Shown: positions 16,063 to 25,178 of the stretch, piece after piece
Position numbering within the stretch: position 1 is the first letter of the stretch
Layout: each line of letters begins with the position of its first letter
DNA from: a bacterium HR35
GTDB lineage: Bacteria; Patescibacteriota; Minisyncoccia; UBA6257; HR35
Direction of reading: 5' to 3'
Length of the DNA stretch: 64,000 nt
Assembly: GCA_002898235.1 (NCBI GenBank)
Contig: BEIL01000002.1
Location: 51,264-115,263, forward strand
Notes under the pieces: generated by a model
What the model saw: only the letters and a program-made list of their open reading frames with translations
Database searches by the model: none
Told to the model about the DNA's origin: nothing
Made by a program: the position numbers and the translations under genes

Positions 16063-18125
16063 AAAAGAATTTTGTTTATCAAAGTCCGAAATATAATTAT
16101 GAAATTGAATTTGAAATTAATGATTGGGCAGAAAGATCTTTTTTATCTTTATTGACTAAATTTAAAGATACAAGAATTTTGACTATTTTAAATTTCGGTT
16201 CAGAAATTCCTGATTTAGAATTTTTACCCTTAACAGTTGATTATGAAGAAAAATTTTATGCTGTTGGTAAAATTTATGGCAGTCGATTTATTAGGCGTGA
16301 AGGAAAACCGTCAATTAACGCTATTTTAAATGCAAGACTTATTGATAGAGCCATTCGCCCTCTTTTTCCTCCTATTTTTAGAAAACAACTCCATTTAGTT
16401 AATATTGTCTTATCTTATGATTTTAGTTTAGATCCTGGAGTTTTGGCTCTTTTAGGCTCTTCTTTAGCCCTTCATTTAGCTGGTATCCCCCTTATTTCAC
16501 CAATCGGTGCTATTAAAGTCATTTATAAAGATGGTGAATTTTTCTTTAATCAAAATTTAGATGATTTTCAAATGGAACTTCTTTTTTCAGCAACTTCAAA
16601 TAAAGTTAATATGATTGAACTCGAGGGTAAGGAAATAAAAGAAGAAATAGTTTTAGAAGGATTGAAATTGGGTTTTGAGGAAATTAAAAATTTTGTTAGT
16701 TTTGTAAAATCAATCGAACCCCTATTTAAAGACCAAATTAAAATCGAAGAAGATTTATTTAATCAAGGAGAAGCAGCTTTAAATAAGTTTTTAGAAGAAA
16801 ATAAATTTGATTTAGAAAAGAAACTTTTTAGTTTTGAAGAAGGGGATAGGCCATGGCAAGAAGTTTTTGAATTAGTTAATCAAGAAGAAAAATTTGGTGA
16901 GCTTAAACCTTATGTAATTAATGCTTTAAATAGGAGATTTAAAAAAATATTTCAAGAAAAAATTTTAAAAGATGGAATTAGGCCAGATGGCAGAAAGCTG
17001 GATGAAATTAGATCTTTGAAAATGGAAATTGGAATTTTGCCTCGAGTTCATGGTTCGGCTTTATTTATGAGAGGTTTAACTCATATTCTTTCAACTGTCA
17101 CTTTAGCTGCTCCTGGAGAAGAACTTTGGTTAAGAGATATTGAATATGAAGGTTTTAAAAGATTTATTCATCATTATAATTTTCCTCCTTTTTCTACCGG
17201 CGAATTAGGTAGCTCTAAAGGACCTTCAAGAAGAGAGATCGGTCATGGTGAATTAGCTGAAAAGGCTTTAAGAAATTTAATTCCTCCTCAAGAAGAATTT
17301 CCTTATACTATTAGAGTTGTTTCTGAGGTTTTATCTTCAAATGGTTCAACTTCAATGGGTTCTGTTTGTGGCTCTTCTTTGGCTTTAATGGATGCCGGTG
17401 TGCCCCTTAAAAAACATATAGCCGGAATTAGTATCGGTATGGTTTATCAAGATGATGACAATTATAAACTTTTGACTGATATTCAAGGACCAGAAGATTT
17501 TTTTGGAGCTATGGATTTTAAAGTAGCTGGAACCGATCTAGGAATTACTGCTATTCAACTTGATGTTAAAATTGAGGGTTTAACTTTAAAACAAATAGAA
17601 GAAACTTTTGAAAAGGCTAAACAAGCCAGAATTTTTCTTTTAGAAAAAATGTCATCTTTGATTGAAAAACCAAAATCTTTAAGCATTTATGCTCCTCAAA
17701 TAGAAGTTTTGAAAATTGATCCTTTAAAAATAGGTTTAGTTATAGGAACAGGTGGTAGAACAATTAATGAAATTATTGCAGCTACTAATGTTAAGATTGA
17801 TATTCATCCCGATGGCCTTCTTTATATTATTGGCGATAAAAATTCTAATTTTGAATTAGCTAAGAATTGGATTAAAAGTATTGCTGAAGCTTTTAATGTT
17901 GGAGATTTAGTTAAAGGAAAGGTTACTAAAATTTTGCCTTTTGGAGCAATTTTAGAATTAGCACCCAATAGAACAGCTTTGCTTCATATTTCCGAAATAA
18001 CTAACAAAAAAATAGAAAACATTGAAGAAGAAATAAAGATAGGCGATGAACTTTTAGTGATGATAAAGAATATTAGCGAAGACGGAAAAATTTATGTTTC
18101 TTTAAAAGATGTCCGAGGAAAGTAA
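16059..18125 (+). CDS. pnp: polynucleotide phosphorylase
   Basis: Two RNase-PH domains, KH and C-terminal S1 (GDLVKGKVTKILPFGAILEL); 688 aa. Confidence 0.9.
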   Translation: MKKNFVYQSPKYNYEIEFEINDWAERSFLSLLTKFKDTRILTILNFGSEIPDLEFLPLTVDYEEKFYAVGKIYGSRFIRREGKPSINAILNARLIDRAIRPLFPPIFRKQLHLVNIVLSYDFSLDPGVLALLGSSLALHLAGIPLISPIGAIKVIYKDGEFFFNQNLDDFQMELLFSATSNKVNMIELEGKEIKEEIVLEGLKLGFEEIKNFVSFVKSIEPLFKDQIKIEEDLFNQGEAALNKFLEENKFDLEKKLFSFEEGDRPWQEVFELVNQEEKFGELKPYVINALNRRFKKIFQEKILKDGIRPDGRKLDEIRSLKMEIGILPRVHGSALFMRGLTHILSTVTLAAPGEELWLRDIEYEGFKRFIHHYNFPPFSTGELGSSKGPSRREIGHGELAEKALRNLIPPQEEFPYTIRVVSEVLSSNGSTSMGSVCGSSLALMDAGVPLKKHIAGISIGMVYQDDDNYKLLTDIQGPEDFFGAMDFKVAGTDLGITAIQLDVKIEGLTLKQIEETFEKAKQARIFLLEKMSSLIEKPKSLSIYAPQIEVLKIDPLKIGLVIGTGGRTINEIIAATNVKIDIHPDGLLYIIGDKNSNFELAKNWIKSIAEAFNVGDLVKGKVTKILPFGAILELAPNRTALLHISEITNKKIENIEEEIKIGDELLVMIKNISEDGKIYVSLKDVRGK

Positions 18126-19341
18126 AAAAGAAGAATTCAAATATACTTTTATTGGACCAGGTTCTTTAATAGGCAAAGAGGAAGACGAAAAAAAAGAAAT
18201 GACTGAATTTAAATCTGTTTCCTTTTCTAAAGAGGAAATACCAATAAATGAACAAGTTATTGCTTCCTCTCCTCCTTTAGAGGAAAAAACTGAAATTAAA
18301 GAAGGCAAATTAACTCTTCAAACGCCTCCAGAAAGAATAGAAGAATTGAAATTAGAAGAAGAGAAAAAAGAAAGTTTTCAACCACCAAATTTAAGCGAAA
18401 TTACTTTTAAAAGAGAAGAGAGGTTTACTCGTCCACGAAAAGAACTTTTAGAAGAAGCAGCAGCTAATTTACCAGAAGAAAAATCTCGTAAAATTGATTT
18501 TTCTAGGTATCTACTTTACCTAATTCCTGCTCTTGTCTTTTTCGTTTTAATTTTTCTTATTATTTATTTCAAGCCTTATCAAGAAATTGTTAAACTATTT
18601 CAAACTAAAAAAGAACCAACTCCTCCGCCTCCAGAAGAACCAATAATCTTACCTAAAGCTGAAGAAAAACAATCAGAAACTAGCACTGAAGAAAAAAGAG
18701 TTGAAACAATTTCTTTGCCTATTGAAAAGCAAAAAACTGAAAATCAAATTTTAAATCAACCACTAACTCCTTCCCAACCAACTTCTCAAATAAAATTATT
18801 TCCCTTTCTTCCTCAATATCAAATTAAATTAACTAACCCAACAGAAGGAGAAATTCAAAAAGCTTTAGAAGAATTTAATTCTCGTTATCAACTTCCAAAT
18901 AACTTCTTAGTTTTAAATTTAAATTACCAAAATCAAAAACTTCCTATTGATTTACTTCTAAATTATTTTTTCAAAGATAAAAACTTCCAGGAAAAAATAA
19001 AACCCAATCTTTCAACCAATTATGAAATTTTAGTTTACCAATCTCTATCTCGTAAATATTTAGTTTTAGTTTTTGAAATAAATAATTTTCAAGAAATAGA
19101 AAAATTAAATTTAGCTTGGGAAAAAACTTTTTCTTTAGAAAAAATAAAGAATTTTTATTTTGATTTTAAACCGACGAAAGTTTTGTCTAAAAACTTTATT
19201 TCTGAAAGTTATGATAAGATTAAATATAGGGTGATTTTTTTAGACAATAATAATGTTTTCGCTTGGTTTATTTTTAAAAATTATTTAGTTTATTTGACTT
19301 CAGAAAAAACAATTCCTCAATTAAATAATCTTCTTAGATGA
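18109..19341 (+). CDS. hypothetical single-pass membrane-anchored protein
   Basis: E/K-rich N-terminus, one TM (YLLYLIPALVFFVLIFLIIYF), Pro-rich linker. Confidence 0.4.
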   Translation: MSEESKKEEFKYTFIGPGSLIGKEEDEKKEMTEFKSVSFSKEEIPINEQVIASSPPLEEKTEIKEGKLTLQTPPERIEELKLEEEKKESFQPPNLSEITFKREERFTRPRKELLEEAAANLPEEKSRKIDFSRYLLYLIPALVFFVLIFLIIYFKPYQEIVKLFQTKKEPTPPPPEEPIILPKAEEKQSETSTEEKRVETISLPIEKQKTENQILNQPLTPSQPTSQIKLFPFLPQYQIKLTNPTEGEIQKALEEFNSRYQLPNNFLVLNLNYQNQKLPIDLLLNYFFKDKNFQEKIKPNLSTNYEILVYQSLSRKYLVLVFEINNFQEIEKLNLAWEKTFSLEKIKNFYFDFKPTKVLSKNFISESYDKIKYRVIFLDNNNVFAWFIFKNYLVYLTSEKTIPQLNNLLR

Positions 19342-19670
19342 AGGATTTAGAAACATTTAAAGCAAAATTAATTAAAGAAAGAGAAGAGATAGCTTTTCTT
19401 TTAGAAACTTTAAACAAAGAAGAGACCGATGTTCTTAGGGAAGAAGCCTACGAAACTAGTGATTGGGCTAATAAATATGAATTAAGAGAAGAATTTCATT
19501 TACAAAAAGAAGATTTAGAGAAGAGACTGGAATTAATAGATAAAGCTTTAAAGAAAATCGAAAATAACTCTTATGGTTTTTGTGAAAATTGCGGCAAGGA
19601 AATTGAAGAAGCTCGATTAGAAATTGATCCAGCTGCTCCTTATTGTCGAAACTGCGCTTCTAAATTTTAA
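19338..19670 (+). CDS. DksA/TraR-family C4 zinc-finger protein
   Basis: CENCGKEIEEARLEIDPAAPYCRNC preceded by a coiled-coil region. Confidence 0.6.
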   Translation: MKDLETFKAKLIKEREEIAFLLETLNKEETDVLREEAYETSDWANKYELREEFHLQKEDLEKRLELIDKALKKIENNSYGFCENCGKEIEEARLEIDPAAPYCRNCASKF

Positions 19671-20119
19671 CTTAAAAAAATTTGAATTTCTTTACTTGGG
19701 TTTGAGATTTCTTTAAGGTTTTTAAAAATAAGAGAGTTCTGGAGATTATTTTTTTCTACTTCTATTTCAAAGAAAAGATAAAGCTCCCCATCCTTTAATT
19801 TTGATTTCAATAAATTTCTTATTTTCGAAATTAAAACCTTATTTTTTTCCCAAACTCTTTTTCTTAAAGCCTCAAATAAGCCCTCACCTTTTTTCCAAAG
19901 ACCGCCACAAAATTCATATTGCCCATTATTTTGCCACACTAAATATTTATCATCCAATTTTTTAGTTCCATAGATAAAAACTTTTTTAGGCCCAAATTTT
20001 AAAAAATGTTTAAGAATAAACTCATCCTTTTTAACTTTCATTTTTATAAAAAAGAGAATAAAGACCGCTTTTAATATTATTTTATCATAAAACTGAGCTT
20101 TCTCTTGGATAAACTTCAA
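19667..20119 (-). CDS. hypothetical protein, weak NUDIX-box-like segment
   Basis: GGLWKKGEGLFEALRKRVWEKNKV loosely fits Gx5Ex7REVxEExGV. Confidence 0.3.
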   Translation of the reverse strand: MKFIQEKAQFYDKIILKAVFILFFIKMKVKKDEFILKHFLKFGPKKVFIYGTKKLDDKYLVWQNNGQYEFCGGLWKKGEGLFEALRKRVWEKNKVLISKIRNLLKSKLKDGELYLFFEIEVEKNNLQNSLIFKNLKEISNPSKEIQIFLS

Positions 20120-21125
20120 TTTCTTCCGGTTTTTTAATTAATACTTTTGTTTTGAAAAGTAAATAACCACCAATAGCAATATTAAGACCATTATCAGTTG
20201 ATAATTCTCTTTGGGGGAAAATTATTTTTTTATTCTTTAAAACTTTTTTAGTCAATTTTCTTAAAGTTTGATTAGCGGCCACTCCGCCAGTAATAACAAT
20301 TGTTTTTGGTTTGTAAATTTCTTCGGCTTTTTTTAATTTATAAAGTAAGATTTCAAAAATTGTTTTTTGTAAAGAAGCCGAGAGATTATTAATGTCTTTT
20401 TCCTCTAAATCGCCTTTAATTTTTTTGATTTCGTTAATTGTTTCAATAAAAGCAGTTTTTAAACCAGAAAAACTAAAATTAAATCCTTTTTCTAAAAGGG
20501 GCTTGGGTAGAGCATAGAAATTTTTTGCTAATTTAGCTCTTCTTTCGATAATTGGACCACCAGGATAACCTAAACCTAAAGCTCTAGCTCCTTTATCCAA
20601 TGTTTCACCAGCAGCATCATCAATTGTTTGCCCAATTCTTTTATAATTTATCCAATCTTTAAATAGATAAAGATTAGTATGACCACCAGAAACTATTAAA
20701 ACCAAAGCAGGGAATTCAATTTTTTTAATAGTTTGCCAAACATTAAGTCTATTTTTTATAACCACTGAAGCAAAATGAGCAAAAAGATGATTAACAGGAA
20801 TAATATTTTTATTTAGTTTCTTAGCTAAAGAAGCAACAAATTCTTTACCGCTAACTAGAGCGGGTAAAAGTCCTGGTCCAACTGAAAAAGATAAATAGTC
20901 AATTTTTTTTAAATCAAAAAATTTTTTAACTCTTTCAAGTAAAATAGGCAAATTTTTTCTATGTTCCCGAGCAGCTAAAATTGGAACCACTCCACCATAA
21001 GGAGAATGGATTTTTATTTGGCTTCTTAGCTCATTAGCTAAAATTTTAATTTTATTTTCTTGAGCTTCAATTAAAGCAATGCCGCTTTCATCACAAGTTG
21101 ATTCAATGCCTAAAATGTAAACCAT
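20085..21125 (-). CDS. tsaD: tRNA N6-adenosine threonylcarbamoyltransferase TsaD (Kae1/YgjD)
   Basis: MVYILGIESTCDESGIALIE..., HxxAH region (HLFAHFA), ASKH/actin-like fold. Confidence 0.85.
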   Translation of the reverse strand: MVYILGIESTCDESGIALIEAQENKIKILANELRSQIKIHSPYGGVVPILAAREHRKNLPILLERVKKFFDLKKIDYLSFSVGPGLLPALVSGKEFVASLAKKLNKNIIPVNHLFAHFASVVIKNRLNVWQTIKKIEFPALVLIVSGGHTNLYLFKDWINYKRIGQTIDDAAGETLDKGARALGLGYPGGPIIERRAKLAKNFYALPKPLLEKGFNFSFSGLKTAFIETINEIKKIKGDLEEKDINNLSASLQKTIFEILLYKLKKAEEIYKPKTIVITGGVAANQTLRKLTKKVLKNKKIIFPQRELSTDNGLNIAIGGYLLFKTKVLIKKPEEIEVYPRESSVL

Positions 21126-21217
21126 ATACTAAATTTTAGCAAATTGTGTTATAATTAAAAAACCCAGTCGAAGAAGAGATATTTTTTTATTTTTTAAAAC
21201 TGATAGATCCAGAAATA

Positions 21218-21697
21218 TTGAAATTAAAGCCGAAAGAGGTAAGATTAATTGGAGTTGATGGTAAACAGAAGGGAATATTTAGTTTTGAAGAAGCTCAGAA
21301 AATTGCTGAAAGTGAAAATCTTGATTTAATTTTGGTGAATGCTAATCAAAAACCAATAATTGTTAAACTGGGTAATTATAAAGAGTGGCTTTATCAAAAG
21401 AAGAAAAAAGAAAAAAGCATAAAAAAGAAACCTAAAGAAACAAAAGAAATAAGAATAGGTTTTAATGAGGCTTTGCATGATTTTGAAAGAAAAGCTAAGC
21501 AGGCAGCTGAATTTTTAGAAGAAGGCCATCAAGTACAAATCAGAATGGTTTTAAAGTCAAGAGAAAAATTGTTTATTGATTTAGCGGAAAAAAAATTAAA
21601 TCAATTTTTAGAACTAATCCCTATTCCTTTTAAAATAACTAGCCCACTGAAAAAATTTCCTGGTCTTTTAGTTATTACCATAGCAAAACAAAAATGA
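21218..21697 (+). CDS. infC: translation initiation factor IF-3
   Basis: VRLIGVDGKQKGIFSFEEAQKIAESENLDLILV...; non-ATG start (TTG at 21218, or in-frame ATA at 21215). Confidence 0.85.
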   Translation: MKLKPKEVRLIGVDGKQKGIFSFEEAQKIAESENLDLILVNANQKPIIVKLGNYKEWLYQKKKKEKSIKKKPKETKEIRIGFNEALHDFERKAKQAAEFLEEGHQVQIRMVLKSREKLFIDLAEKKLNQFLELIPIPFKITSPLKKFPGLLVITIAKQK

Positions 21698-21870
21698 ACC
21701 GAAAAGCTTTTTTAAAAAGATTCAAAATTACTAAGAAAGGAAAATTGATAAGAAGAATAGCTGGTGTTGGTCATAATTTTAGCAAAAAGCGAGCTTTAGA
21801 AATTTTAAGAAAAAGAAAAAAAGTTAGGGAAGACAAATTGGTTCTTAATTATTCAAAGCTTCCTAAATAA
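21694..21870 (+). CDS. rpmI: 50S ribosomal protein L35
   Basis: 58-aa basic ORF MNRKAFLKRFKITKKGKLIRRIAGVGHNF...; ATGA overlap with the infC stop; below the ORF-track length cutoff. Confidence 0.7.
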   Translation: MNRKAFLKRFKITKKGKLIRRIAGVGHNFSKKRALEILRKRKKVREDKLVLNYSKLPK

Positions 21871-22439
21871 TGATTGAACCTATTTTTTCTAATATCAAAA
21901 TTGTTATTTCTGGAGCTGCAGTAACTACTCCTTGCCGAGAAGATGTTCATCAACTAGCATATGAAATTGGTAAAGAATTAGCTAATCATCGAGTAATTGT
22001 TTTAACTGGAGCTACTACTGGTACTCCTCTTTGGGCAGCTAAAGGAGCTTATGAAAATGGAGGAATAGTTATTGGTCTTTCTCCAGCCCGAAGCTATAAA
22101 GAACATCTTAATGTTTATAAATTGCCAATTGATTATCATCACACTATTTTATATACCGGTGAGGGTTATAGTGGAAGAAATTTGCTTTTAACTAAAATGG
22201 GTGATGGAGTAATTTTTATTTGTGGAAGGATTGGAACTTTAAATGAATTTACCATTGCTTTTGAAGAGGAAAAACCAATGGGTGTTTTAGTTGGTTCTGG
22301 AGGAACAGAAGAATATTTTATGGAAATAGTTGAAAAAGCTAAAAGGGGAAGGGGAAAAATAATTTGGGAAAGAGACCCAAAAGTTTTAGTAGAAAAATTA
22401 ATTGAACTTGTTAAAATAGAGATAGAGGAAAAAATTTAA
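21870..22439 (+). CDS. LOG/SLOG (TIGR00725-like) Rossmann-fold protein
   Basis: VLTGATTGTPLWAAKGA and ICGRIGTLNEF resemble the GGGxG / PGGxGTxxE elements of the LOG/DprA-like fold; occupies the position where rplT usually sits. Confidence 0.45.
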   Translation: MIEPIFSNIKIVISGAAVTTPCREDVHQLAYEIGKELANHRVIVLTGATTGTPLWAAKGAYENGGIVIGLSPARSYKEHLNVYKLPIDYHHTILYTGEGYSGRNLLLTKMGDGVIFICGRIGTLNEFTIAFEEEKPMGVLVGSGGTEEYFMEIVEKAKRGRGKIIWERDPKVLVEKLIELVKIEIEEKI

Positions 22440-22441
22440 TA

Positions 22442-22867
22442 ATGGAAAAAATAGAAATTATTTACCGTTTTATTTTAGCAGCTATTTTGGGAGGAATTAT
22501 TGGTACTGAAAGGAGCTTTTTTAAAAAACAAGCTGGTTTAAGAACTTTTGCTTTAGTAAGTTTGGGGGCTTGTCTTTTTGGTTATTTGGGTTATCGACTT
22601 TCTTTTATTGATCCAGCTTCAACTTCAAGAATAATTTCTAACTTAGTTGTAGGTATTGGTTTTTTAGGAGCTGGTCTTATTTTTTTACATGAAGAAAAAA
22701 TTTTTGGCTTAACAACAGCTGCTGCTCTTTGGACAACAGCTGCTATTGGCGGAGCAGTTGGTTTAGGCTATTATTTTGAAGCTTTTTTAGTTACGCTGCT
22801 GACGGTCATCATTTTAACTTTATGGTACTATTTTGAAAAGTTAATAAAGAAAGATGAAAATCAGTAA
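22442..22867 (+). CDS. MgtC/SapB-family membrane protein
   Basis: ILAAILGGIIGTERSFFKKQAGLRTFALVSLGACLF matches the MgtC N-terminal signature. Confidence 0.65.
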   Translation: MEKIEIIYRFILAAILGGIIGTERSFFKKQAGLRTFALVSLGACLFGYLGYRLSFIDPASTSRIISNLVVGIGFLGAGLIFLHEEKIFGLTTAAALWTTAAIGGAVGLGYYFEAFLVTLLTVIILTLWYYFEKLIKKDENQ

Positions 22868-23948
22868 AGAAATTGAAAGTATTTTTATTTTTTTAAGCAC
22901 AATTATTGGTTTAGGAGTTTTTGTTTTACCTTATGCTTTTTTACAAGGCAAGTTGTGGTTTATTTTTTGGTTAGGTTTTTGGTTTATTGTTTTTTATATA
23001 ATCCATTTAATTTTTGCTGAAATTATTTTTCAAACAAAAGAAAAACATAATTTACCTGGTTTAGCTGCAATTTATCTTCATCCTAATCTTAAGCATTTAG
23101 TATGGATTTTTGATTATTTTGGAATGATGGGTGTTTTTTGGATTTATCTTTTATCCTTAGAAAAATTTTGGGGGACTATCTTTCCTGATAAAACTTTCTT
23201 AGTTAAACTTATTTTTGTCTTTTTTAATCTTTTTTTTATTACTAAAAATCTCAAAATTTTTGCTGGCTTTGAAACTATTTTAGGAATAAGCATTATTTTT
23301 CTTTTTTTGATAATTTCTTTTTGGTTCGGAATTAAAGCTGATATTAATAACTTTACCAATCTTTTTAATTTCCAAGGAGATTTCTTTTTGCCTTACGGAG
23401 TTCTACTTTTTGCTTTTTCAGGTATTTCAGCTGTACCCCTTGTTTTTGATCTTGTTGGCAAAGAAAAAGAAAAATTCAGAAAAATCAATTTATTTTCTTT
23501 AGTTTTAGTGACTTCAATTTATCTTTTTTATTCTTTAAGTATCATTGGCTTTTTAGGAAATAAAACTTCCGAAATTTCTTTAGATGTTTTAAAACCCTTT
23601 ATCCCCTTGCCTCTTTTTCTATTTATTTTGATTTTAGTTACTTTTAATATTATGTTAGTTGATTTAGCTTTTTATTTAAAAAGAGGTCTGCAAGCTGATT
23701 ATGGTCTTTCAGAAAGAAGAACTAATTTAATATTAATTTTTTCGATTTTACTTCTCCTTTTTCTTCCCGCAAATTCTTTAATTAAAATTATTAGTCTTAT
23801 TAGCGATGTTTTTCTTGGTTTCAATCTTTTGATTTTAAATTTAATTTATTTAAAACTTAAAGAAAAAAAATTTTTTATTTTCCCTAAGTTTTTAATTATT
23901 TTTATTTCTTTAATTTTGTTTTTGGGAATGATCTATGAAATTTTTTAA
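22854..23948 (+). CDS. polytopic membrane protein (about 10 TM), possible permease
   Basis: Hydrophobic ORF; no diagnostic motif identified. Confidence 0.35.
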   Translation: MKISKEIESIFIFLSTIIGLGVFVLPYAFLQGKLWFIFWLGFWFIVFYIIHLIFAEIIFQTKEKHNLPGLAAIYLHPNLKHLVWIFDYFGMMGVFWIYLLSLEKFWGTIFPDKTFLVKLIFVFFNLFFITKNLKIFAGFETILGISIIFLFLIISFWFGIKADINNFTNLFNFQGDFFLPYGVLLFAFSGISAVPLVFDLVGKEKEKFRKINLFSLVLVTSIYLFYSLSIIGFLGNKTSEISLDVLKPFIPLPLFLFILILVTFNIMLVDLAFYLKRGLQADYGLSERRTNLILIFSILLLLFLPANSLIKIISLISDVFLGFNLLILNLIYLKLKEKKFFIFPKFLIIFISLILFLGMIYEIF

Positions 23949-25161
23949 ACCTAAAGGATTTACTATTATTGAAATTTTAATTGTACTTTTTGTAATTTCA
24001 GTTTTGGCTGTTATTTTATTTTTTGCCTTTAACACTACTGACATTATTAAAAGAACTAGAGATGCTAAAAGACTTAATGATCTTCAAGCAATTAATTCTG
24101 CTATTCAAGCTTTACTTAATCAAAATCCTGAAATCAATCTGGGTACAGATAATTTGGTTTATCTTTCCTTGCCTGATTCTAATCCTAATTGCTCTTCTTA
24201 TCCAAATTTACCGCCCATATTTTCTCCTTTTTCTTATCGCTGTGCTTCTACTTCAACTTTTAGAAAAACTGATGGTAATGGTTGGCTACCTTTAAATTTT
24301 TCCAGCTCTCTTTTTTCTTTTTCTTCTTTACCAATCGATCCTTTAAATAATGGTGATTATTTTTATGTTTATTTTAAGCAAGGAAATAAATATAAACTGA
24401 CAGCCAGAATGGAATCAGAAGCCTTTGGTTATCAAATGATTAATGATGGTGGCATTGAACCTCTTTTATATGAGTTAGGAAATGATTTAAGTTTGCCAAC
24501 ACCCCAAAGCGGTTTGGTTTTATATTTACCTTTTGAAGAAGGAACAGGAACAATAACTTACGATTTAAGTGGATATAATAATAACGGCACTCTTTATAAT
24601 TTTAATTTTACTACTTCTTCGGGCTGGGTAAAGGGAAAAATAGGTTGGGGTTTAGCTTTCGATGGTGTGGATGATTATGTAAGTGTAGCCACCTCAACCA
24701 CTTTGGATTTAAGAAATAAAGATTTTTCAGTTATCTATTGGATTTATAGATTTTCTACGACTTCTAATTATCAAAGAGTTTTTTCTCAAAACGAAGAAAG
24801 CAGTACTGATTGTACTAATTTGAATTTTGGTATTTCTAATTCAGATACTGCTTATTTTGATATTTATAATTGTGGAGGTACTACAGGTTTAAGAGGAACT
24901 ATTTTTTTAAATAAAAATCAGTGGTGGAATTTAGTATTTGTTAATAATAAATCAACTTCTATCAATGATTATGTTTTTGTAAATGGAAAATTAGATATTA
25001 ATGGCTACAGGGATCCTTATCAAGGGCCTCCTGGTGATATTAAACTAAGCGTTCCTTGGACAGCTTATCAATTTTATGGAGTTATCGATGAAGTGAGGGT
25101 TTATTTAAGATCACTTAATAATCTTGAAGCAAAATTGATTTACCTTTATGGTATTAAATAG
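23935..25161 (+). CDS. type IV pilin-like protein with C-terminal LamG/concanavalin-like domain
   Basis: Prepilin leader and N-terminal helix KG|FTIIEILIVLFVISVLAV; beta-rich C-terminal domain. Confidence 0.6.
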   Translation: MKFFKPKGFTIIEILIVLFVISVLAVILFFAFNTTDIIKRTRDAKRLNDLQAINSAIQALLNQNPEINLGTDNLVYLSLPDSNPNCSSYPNLPPIFSPFSYRCASTSTFRKTDGNGWLPLNFSSSLFSFSSLPIDPLNNGDYFYVYFKQGNKYKLTARMESEAFGYQMINDGGIEPLLYELGNDLSLPTPQSGLVLYLPFEEGTGTITYDLSGYNNNGTLYNFNFTTSSGWVKGKIGWGLAFDGVDDYVSVATSTTLDLRNKDFSVIYWIYRFSTTSNYQRVFSQNEESSTDCTNLNFGISNSDTAYFDIYNCGGTTGLRGTIFLNKNQWWNLVFVNNKSTSINDYVFVNGKLDINGYRDPYQGPPGDIKLSVPWTAYQFYGVIDEVRVYLRSLNNLEAKLIYLYGIK

Positions 25162-25178
25162 TGAGTTAAAATAAAAAG

